Shown piece by piece: positions 57,325 through 64,000 of a stretch of 64,000 nt of DNA; within the stretch, counting starts at the first letter, position 1; each line of letters starts with the position of its first letter. The stretch is from Acidobacteriota bacterium. Its GTDB lineage: Bacteria > Acidobacteriota > UBA6911. Both the position numbers and the translations under genes were made by a program. The DNA is taken from the NCBI GenBank assembly GCA_963664705.1, contig OY761556.1, positions 4,416,001-4,480,000 on the forward strand, written 5' to 3'. The notes under the pieces are model-generated. The model did no database searches. It saw only the letters and a list, made by a program, of their open reading frames with translations, and had not been told where the DNA came from.

Positions 57325-58686
57325 ATGGTTGATTATGTAAATATTTTTATGTCCCGCCTGCAGGCCAAGAATCCCGGTGAAACGGAATTCCACCAGGCTG
57401 TTCAGGAAGTTGTTGAATCTCTCTCTCTTGTTCTGGACAGGCATCCGGAATATCGGTCTGCCAAGATTCTGGAACGCATCGTTGAGCCCGAACGCGTCCT
57501 CATGTTCCGGGTACCCTGGACAGATGACCAGGGAGAAATCCAAGTAAACCGCGGATTCCGCATTGAAATGAACAGCGCTATCGGCCCATACAAAGGCGGC
57601 CTGCGTTTTCATCCTTCCGTAAATCTCGGCATTCTGAAATTCCTGGCCTTCGAACAGGTATTCAAGAACAGCCTGACGACGCTTCCTATGGGCGGTGGCA
57701 AGGGCGGATCGGACTTTGATCCTAAGGGGAAAAGCAACAATGAAGTCATGCGCTTCTGCCAGAGCTTCATGACCGAGCTCAGCCGACATATCGGCCCCAA
57801 CACGGACGTTCCGGCCGGAGACATCGGCGTCGGCGGACGGGAGATCGGTTATATGTTCGGTCAGTACAAGAGACTGCGCAATGAGTTCACCGGTGTATTG
57901 ACCGGCAAAGGCTTGAACTGGGGCGGATCCCTAATCCGGCCGGAAGCCACCGGCTATGGCTGCGTTTATTTCTGCGCCGAAATGTTGGCCACTCGCAACC
58001 AGACCATGGAAGGCAAGATTTGCCTTGTTTCCGGAAGCGGAAACGTATCTCAATACACCATCGAAAAGATCCTGCAACTGGGCGGCAAAGTTGTCACATG
58101 CTCCGACTCCGACGGCTACATCTATGATGAAGAAGGCATCGATGAAAAGAAGCTGGCATACATCATGGAACTGAAGAACGTGAAGAGGGGAAGAATCAAG
58201 GCCTACGTCGAAAAGTACAAGAACGCCGTGTACACACCGGTGGATCGGTCCAAGGATTACAATCCTCTCTGGGATCACAAAGCAGACTGCGCATTCCCAA
58301 GCGCGACCCAGAATGAAATCAACGCGAAGGATGCCCGCAATCTGTTGAAGAACGGTGTCTACGTGATCGGAGAAGGCGCCAACATGCCGACGCACTTCGA
58401 AGGCGTGCGCCTCTTCCTCGATGCGAGGGTTCTGTACGGACCGGGAAAAGCAGCCAATGCCGGCGGCGTGGCGGTATCCGGACTGGAAATGTCCCAGAAC
58501 AGCATGCGTCTACCCTGGACCAAACAGGAAGTGGACAACAGGCTGGGCATGATCATGAAGAGCATCCATGCCACATGCGTGGAATGTGCAGATCGTTTCG
58601 GCACTCCTGGCAATTACGTCAACGGTGCCAACATCGGCGGATTCCTCAAAGTTGCGGATGCAATGATCGATCAAGGCTTGGTCTAG
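57325..58686 (+). CDS. gdhA: NADP-specific glutamate dehydrogenase
   Basis: EFHQAV, GPYKGGLRFHPSV, PMGGGKGGSDFDPKGKS, RPEATGYG, SGSGNV, GKAANAGGV. Confidence 0.96.
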   Translation: MVDYVNIFMSRLQAKNPGETEFHQAVQEVVESLSLVLDRHPEYRSAKILERIVEPERVLMFRVPWTDDQGEIQVNRGFRIEMNSAIGPYKGGLRFHPSVNLGILKFLAFEQVFKNSLTTLPMGGGKGGSDFDPKGKSNNEVMRFCQSFMTELSRHIGPNTDVPAGDIGVGGREIGYMFGQYKRLRNEFTGVLTGKGLNWGGSLIRPEATGYGCVYFCAEMLATRNQTMEGKICLVSGSGNVSQYTIEKILQLGGKVVTCSDSDGYIYDEEGIDEKKLAYIMELKNVKRGRIKAYVEKYKNAVYTPVDRSKDYNPLWDHKADCAFPSATQNEINAKDARNLLKNGVYVIGEGANMPTHFEGVRLFLDARVLYGPGKAANAGGVAVSGLEMSQNSMRLPWTKQEVDNRLGMIMKSIHATCVECADRFGTPGNYVNGANIGGFLKVADAMIDQGLV

Positions 58687-58707
58687 TCGAGTCTTAGGGA
58701 CTTCTTC

Positions 58708-58771
58708 AGCCACGAATTGCACGACTTCAGCGAACCGTTTATGGCTCGTGTATTGCGTGCAATTCGTGGCT
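58708..58771. repeat. 64-bp gene-less element with the same ends as the GxxExxY cassette; probable terminator function
   Basis: AGCCACGAATTGCACG / CGTGCAATTCGTGGCT perfect 16-bp inverted repeat followed by TTTGTTTT, 21 bp after the gdhA stop. Confidence 0.8.
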
Positions 58772-58804
58772 TTTGTTTTATACTGATAGCCGGGAATCAA
58801 CTAT

Positions 58805-61786
58805 ATGGCCGAAAGACATTTGGATCCGCTCTGGATCGAACACGGTTACGGAACGCGCTTTCAGGGCTTTCAGAACCTGATGCGCCACAGGATCAGAGAC
58901 GTTCTTCTTGTTTCAAGTCTGTACGATCTCTACCTGTTTGAGGAGGATGGCCGATTTGACGAGCTTATCAGCAATGAATACCAGAAGCTGAATCTGAGCC
59001 ATTCCCCTGAACTGACGCGTGTATCTTCCGGAAAGGAAGCGATCACTCTCGCGAAAGAGGAGCGCCGTTTTGACCTCATCCTGACGACATTGCATGTCGA
59101 GGATATGACGGCCGTCCAGCTGGCGGAACAGGCACGAGCGGCAGGGGTGGAAATTCCAATCGTCCTCCTGGCCTATGACAGCAGAGAACTGAAAGACCTC
59201 AAGGCGCACAATTACACGGCCGCATTCGACCGTGTGTTTGTGTGGCAGGGAGACTTCCGGCTCATTGTCAGCATCATCAAACACCTGGAAGACCGGATGA
59301 ATGTCGACCACGACACACGCCTGGTCGGCGTCCAGTCCATCCTCTTCATCGAAGACAACATCCACTATTACTCTACCCTCCTCCCGATCCTGTACACGGA
59401 GCTGCTTAACCAGTCGCAGCGGCTCATTTCGGAGGGGATCAACCTTTCGCACAAAGTTCTGAAGACGGTAGCGAGACCCAAGATTCTTCTTTGCCAGACC
59501 TACGAAGAAGCCTGGCACTTCTACGATTCGTACAGGGAACACATCCTCGGAGTCATTTCCGATATCGATTTTCCGCGCAATGGAAAGCCCGATCATGGCG
59601 CCGGGCTCAATTTTGCCAGGGCGATCCGAAGTGAACACCCGGAGCTTCCCATCCTGCTGCAATCGCTGACTTCCGACTACGAGAAGCAGGCCAAGGAACT
59701 GAACCTCTCTTTCATGCCGAAGGGTTCGCCAAACCCTTCCCAGATCCTTCGGCAGTTCATGACCGAATATTTCAGTTTCGGAGATTTTATTTTTCGAACT
59801 CCCGAGGGACACGAAGTAGGCAGAGCCAATGATCTGAAGAGTCTCCGTGAACAGCTCGAATATGCCCCTGAGGAAAGCGTGCGTTTTCATGCAGAGCGGA
59901 ATCACTTTTCCAACTGGTTGAAGGCTCGAACGGAATTTGGGCTTGCGCACAAACTCCGCCCCAGGAAGGTTTCCGATTTCCCGACAGTTGCGGAGCTGCG
60001 ACAGGACCTGATCTCCTCCCTGGGAGCATATACGCGGTCGCAGCAGCGCGGGCTGATTACCGACTTCAAGAAAGACACCTTTGATCCCGAGACCAGTTTT
60101 GCCCGAATCGGCGGCGGGTCGCTCGGCGGCAAGGCGCGCGGCCTGGGGTTTGTGAATACGTTGATCAACAATTACGACGTGCGCCGTCAATTTGCGGGCA
60201 TTCAGATCGCGGTCCCTCCGGCGGTAGTTCTCGGGACAGACCTTTTCGACCGTTTCCTGGACGAAAACAATCTCCGGAAATTTGCGCTGGAGTGCACGGA
60301 CGATGCCGAGATCACCCGAAGGTTCATTGAAAGCGGCATATTCCCGGAAGATCTGCTGGGAGACCTGGCCTCTTTCCTGCACCTGATCCGGGAGCCGCTG
60401 GCAGTGCGGTCCTCGAGCATGCTCGAAGATACTCAGTATCATCCGTTTGCCGGTGTTTACGAAACCTACATGATCCCCAACGATCATCCGGATCCATTTG
60501 TCCGGCTTGGGCAACTGGTGACGACCATCAAACGCGTTTATGCCTCGACTTTCTACCAGTGCGCCAAGGATTACTTCAAAGTCACCGACTACAAGCTTGA
60601 AGAAGAGAAGATGTCGGTCATCGTTCAGAAAATGGCAGGAGTGCAGCACGGCACGCGCTTCTATCCCGATTTCTCCGGAGTGGCCAAATCCTATAACTAT
60701 TATCCGGTACCGCCACAAAGAGCCTTGGACGGAATTGTCTCCGTAGCGCTCGGCTTGGGAAAAACCATCGTGGACGGAGGAATCACGGTCCGATTCTGCC
60801 CGAAATATCCCAACCACATACTTCAGTTCTACTCGCCGCGGGAGGCGTTGAATACGAGCCAGACGCAGTTCTTCGCCCTCGACCTGAGCGCCGCTCCGGC
60901 ACAGCCGGCCGAAACGAGCGATGTTCAGGTGAAGGCCTTCGGGATTGATGTCGCCGAAGAAGACGGATCCCTGCAACATGTGGCTTCAACCTATTCAGCG
61001 GAAAACGATGCCCTATACGAGGGAACTTCCAGATCGGGTCCCCGAATTGTGACCTTTGCCCCGATACTTAAGAACAAGATATTCCCGCTGCCCCATATCC
61101 TGGAGCTTTTGCTCGATATGGGCAGTTGGGGAATGGGGGCCCCGGTTGAGATGGAATTTGCCGTCACAATGTCGAGGAAATCGAATCAACTGAGAGATTT
61201 CGCACTTCTGCAATTGCGCCCCCTCGGCATGAGCAAGGATTCTGATCCGCTGATATTTGAAGAGGTCGCGGAAGACAGCCTGATTTGTCGAAGCACCCAG
61301 GTTCTTGGACATGGCGTGTCCAATGATATCCACGATATCGTTGTTGTGGATATGGACCGGTTCAACCGGGCCAGGAGCAAGGATGCCGCCCATGAGGTAT
61401 CGCAATTCAATGAAAAGCTGGTGGACGAAAAACGGCCCTACCTGCTTATCGGCGTAGGCCGGTGGGGATCTCTCGACCCGTGGCTTGGGATTCCGGTAAA
61501 ATGGGATCAGATCTCGGGTGCAAAGGTGATTGTTGAAGCCGGATTCAAAGATATGGAAGTAGACCCGTCCCAGGGTTCACACTTCTTCCATAACATTACC
61601 TCGTTCCGCATCAGCTACTTCACTGTGAATTCAATGACCCAGGATGGTTTTATCGACTGGGAGTGGCTTCGCACCAACCCTGCGGTCGAGGAAAAACAAT
61701 TTGTACGCCACATCCGGCTGGCAAAGCCGGTGGTGGCAAAGGTCGATGGACATCGAAATAAAGGCGTCATCTTGAAACCGGAGTAG
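58805..61786 (+). CDS. receiver-domain-containing PEP synthase/PPDK N-terminal (ATP-grasp) family protein
   Basis: Two receiver-like regions (FDLILTTLHVEDM; GVISDIDFPRNG), GGGSLGGKARGL, PLAVRSSSMLED, FAGVYET, LLQLRP, C-terminal SQGSHFF. Confidence 0.8.
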   Translation: MAERHLDPLWIEHGYGTRFQGFQNLMRHRIRDVLLVSSLYDLYLFEEDGRFDELISNEYQKLNLSHSPELTRVSSGKEAITLAKEERRFDLILTTLHVEDMTAVQLAEQARAAGVEIPIVLLAYDSRELKDLKAHNYTAAFDRVFVWQGDFRLIVSIIKHLEDRMNVDHDTRLVGVQSILFIEDNIHYYSTLLPILYTELLNQSQRLISEGINLSHKVLKTVARPKILLCQTYEEAWHFYDSYREHILGVISDIDFPRNGKPDHGAGLNFARAIRSEHPELPILLQSLTSDYEKQAKELNLSFMPKGSPNPSQILRQFMTEYFSFGDFIFRTPEGHEVGRANDLKSLREQLEYAPEESVRFHAERNHFSNWLKARTEFGLAHKLRPRKVSDFPTVAELRQDLISSLGAYTRSQQRGLITDFKKDTFDPETSFARIGGGSLGGKARGLGFVNTLINNYDVRRQFAGIQIAVPPAVVLGTDLFDRFLDENNLRKFALECTDDAEITRRFIESGIFPEDLLGDLASFLHLIREPLAVRSSSMLEDTQYHPFAGVYETYMIPNDHPDPFVRLGQLVTTIKRVYASTFYQCAKDYFKVTDYKLEEEKMSVIVQKMAGVQHGTRFYPDFSGVAKSYNYYPVPPQRALDGIVSVALGLGKTIVDGGITVRFCPKYPNHILQFYSPREALNTSQTQFFALDLSAAPAQPAETSDVQVKAFGIDVAEEDGSLQHVASTYSAENDALYEGTSRSGPRIVTFAPILKNKIFPLPHILELLLDMGSWGMGAPVEMEFAVTMSRKSNQLRDFALLQLRPLGMSKDSDPLIFEEVAEDSLICRSTQVLGHGVSNDIHDIVVVDMDRFNRARSKDAAHEVSQFNEKLVDEKRPYLLIGVGRWGSLDPWLGIPVKWDQISGAKVIVEAGFKDMEVDPSQGSHFFHNITSFRISYFTVNSMTQDGFIDWEWLRTNPAVEEKQFVRHIRLAKPVVAKVDGHRNKGVILKPE

Positions 61787-61790
61787 GACT

Positions 61791-61997
61791 TTGGCCGAAA
61801 ACAGCGAAGAAGATAAGAAAGGATATGCGAAAGCACGCAAGGTGTTCGAAAACTGCCCGCATTGCGGTCAGGAATTGAGCCCCTGGCAACAGGTGCTGCT
61901 TTCAATCGACCGGGCTCTGGTATGTAAGAACTGCTGGTACCGGATCATCCTTGATATCTCGGAAGATGAAACTTCCCCACAACCGAATAAGGAATAG
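61791..61997 (+). CDS. small zinc-finger protein
   Basis: CPHC...CKNC; fills the gap with 4-bp and 3-bp spacers; TTG start with RBS. Confidence 0.7.
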   Translation: MAENSEEDKKGYAKARKVFENCPHCGQELSPWQQVLLSIDRALVCKNCWYRIILDISEDETSPQPNKE

Positions 61998-62000
61998 GCA

Positions 62001-63248
62001 ATGCAATCCTACAACTCGTTTGAGGTCGCTCAGACGGAGATCCGGGCGGCCGCAAAGGTATTAAACCTTGATCAGGCCACGCTGGATCTGCTGCTTTGGC
62101 CCCAACGGGAGTTTCAGTTCACACTCCCCGTGAAGATGGACAATGGGGAAACAGTCATCCTGCGCGGCTATCGTATCCAGCATAATTTCGCACGCGGCCC
62201 GGCGAAGGGCGGGATACGATTTCACCCTGATGAAACCATCGATACCATGCGAGCCCTGGCGGGCTGGATGACATGGAAGACTGCGGTGGCAGACCTTCCT
62301 TTGGGCGGCGGCAAGGGCGGAGTGGTTTGCGATCCGCGCAAAATGTCGGCCAGGGAGTTGGAAAACACCGCCCGCGCCTATGTGCGCGCGATCTGGCAGC
62401 ACATTGGCATAGACCGGGATGTACCGGCTCCGGATGTCTATACCAATCCTCAGACCATGGCATGGATGATGGATGAGTATGAAACGATAACCAATCAGCA
62501 TCAGCCCGGCGTGATGTCGAACAAACCGTTATCTCTCGGTGGAAGCGAAGGACGGCGCGATGCCACGGCCCGCGGCGGTGTCACGGTCGTCAGAGAAGCC
62601 TGCCGGGCTTTTGGCGTGGATCCGCGTGGACCGTACGCCATCCAGGGTTTCGGCAGCACCGGCCAGCGCATTGCCATGTTTCACCGCGAATTGCTGGGAG
62701 GAGGAAAGCTGATTGCGGTCTCCGATTCGAGCGGCGCGGTTTACAACCCGGATGGATTCAATCCGAAGGATCTGGTGAATCACAAGCTGCGTACCGGATC
62801 GGTCACCGGTTTTCCAGGATCTCAATCGATCGAAATCAATTCTGTACTGGAACTGGACGTTTCGATTCTCTACCCGGCTGCACTCGAGAATGCAATCAAC
62901 GCCGGAAATGCGAAAAAGATTAAGGCAAAGATTATCTGCGAACTGGCAAACGGGCCGACAACACCGCAGGCGGACCGGATCCTGTTCGAAAAGGGAGTGC
63001 ATGTCATTCCGGATTTATTGGCCAACGCAGGAGGCGTAATCGGATCCTACCTGGAGATGGTGCAAAACCGGGAGGCATACTACTGGAAGGAATCGGCGGT
63101 ACACGATACTCTCGATGCGACCCTCACGCGAGCCTACCAGACGGTAGCCCATGGGGCAAAAGCGAGGAAAATCCCGATGCGCACGGCTGCGATGGTGGTG
63201 GCTGTTGCTCGTGTCGCGGAAGCCTGCAAACTCCGCGGCTGGGTATAG
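62001..63248 (+). CDS. second Glu/Leu/Phe/Val dehydrogenase
   Basis: GPAKGGIRFHP, MTWKTAVADLPLGGGKGG, DVPAPDV, ELANGPTT, IPDLLANAGGV. Confidence 0.92.
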   Translation: MQSYNSFEVAQTEIRAAAKVLNLDQATLDLLLWPQREFQFTLPVKMDNGETVILRGYRIQHNFARGPAKGGIRFHPDETIDTMRALAGWMTWKTAVADLPLGGGKGGVVCDPRKMSARELENTARAYVRAIWQHIGIDRDVPAPDVYTNPQTMAWMMDEYETITNQHQPGVMSNKPLSLGGSEGRRDATARGGVTVVREACRAFGVDPRGPYAIQGFGSTGQRIAMFHRELLGGGKLIAVSDSSGAVYNPDGFNPKDLVNHKLRTGSVTGFPGSQSIEINSVLELDVSILYPAALENAINAGNAKKIKAKIICELANGPTTPQADRILFEKGVHVIPDLLANAGGVIGSYLEMVQNREAYYWKESAVHDTLDATLTRAYQTVAHGAKARKIPMRTAAMVVAVARVAEACKLRGWV

Positions 63249-63303
63249 AGACGGTCGTCCATAACTGGAGTTTTTCTGGCGGCTAACGACTGACGACTGT
63301 TGT

Positions 63304-64000
63304 ATGGCTATTCCACTGATTTTCTATTACCACCGGCTGAATTGCTATAGCTTCAATGCGCTCGCTGGAGCGCTCGACGCCGACCCATTTTTCGAAGACT
63401 TGAAGATCGACCTGGCGCTGTCTGTCGACCAACTCCAGGCGATGGCGGCTGACAGCATCAACCGCCATGGCTGTGCCATCGTCGCCCTCTCGATTCTTAC
63501 CTGCCAATTTGTGGACACCCATCGAATGATCGGAGAGCTGCGGTCGCGGTTCGGGCAGGAAATCACAATCCTGGCGGGTGGCCCGCATGCGACAGCCTGC
63601 CCGGAACAGGTTCTTCAATCGGGCGCCGACATCATTTTTCAGGGCGAGGCGGAAGCGATCTTTCCCGCTGTTCTCAAAAGAGTTATCGAAAAACTGCCAT
63701 GCAAACCTGTATATGCCCCGGCAGGCCGGGTTGCGCTCGACGACTACTGTTCGTTTTCGCCTAAACGGGGCATGTTCGGACCCATTGAGATTACGCGTGG
63801 CTGCGCGTTCGCCTGCAACTACTGCCAGACCTCTCACATTTTCGGCACACAACTGCGGCACAGAAGCATTGACGCCATTGTCCGGCAGGCGGAATCGCTT
63901 CGCTCCGTCAATCGCAAGGTGGTTCGACTGCTCTCGCCCAACGCCTTTTCCTACGGATCCCCGGATGGGCGGCAGATCCATCTGCCATCCATGCGTGAAC
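63304..64000 (+). CDS. B12-binding domain / radical SAM protein (MJ1487-like), truncated by window edge
   Basis: Absent from the ORF track. Manual translation: MAIPLIFYY...YSFNALAGAL...LAGGPHATA...GEAE...PIEITRGCAFACNYCQTSHIFG. Confidence 0.88.
   Translation, partial: MAIPLIFYYHRLNCYSFNALAGALDADPFFEDLKIDLALSVDQLQAMAADSINRHGCAIVALSILTCQFVDTHRMIGELRSRFGQEITILAGGPHATACPEQVLQSGADIIFQGEAEAIFPAVLKRVIEKLPCKPVYAPAGRVALDDYCSFSPKRGMFGPIEITRGCAFACNYCQTSHIFGTQLRHRSIDAIVRQAESLRSVNRKVVRLLSPNAFSYGSPDGRQIHLPSMRE

Noticed and set aside
58913-60979. 688-aa minus-strand ORF (likewise 25130..26254 and 63283..63981)
   Set aside because: Antisense shadows of motif-bearing plus-strand genes, with no motifs of their own.

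Overview
Gene-dense bacterial chromosomal segment from a diderm, probably anaerobic or microaerophilic organism (an Acidobacteriota- or Desulfobacterota-like gene style is my inference only). In order: a truncated HydN/CooF-type 4Fe-4S protein; LigD; a multi-zinc-ribbon protein; an 8-gene T2SS/MSHA-like pilus cluster; a PEGA protein; corA; a membrane GT-like protein; DUF488; a chemotaxis operon (STAS, cheA-REC, two MCPs, cheW, cheB, cheR); a convergent porin / tetraheme cytochrome / HAMP operon; tRNA-Cys with a duplicated flank; cydAB; a TonB-like protein; trmL; ntrYX; an epimerase; tRNA-Ser followed by accessory genes; an M16 peptidase; hemN-hemH; TlpA; GNAT; LysM-NlpC/P60; a GxxExxY cassette array; gdhA / REC-dikinase-like / Zn-finger / second GDH; and a truncated B12 radical-SAM gene. 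The strongest candidate for an undescribed system is a GxxExxY (PD-(D/E)xK-type) cassette bounded by inverted CACGAATT-repeat ends. It occurs here in four states: an intact cassette, two tandem copies carrying identical frame-restoring double deletions, an empty 64-bp element, and a degenerate right-left junction. Other highlights are an MCP combining a periplasmic heme-c site with a cytoplasmic hemerythrin, a receiver-dikinase-like gene between two GDH genes, and a recurring sigma28-like promoter. All calls come from reading motifs by eye; no database searches were run.
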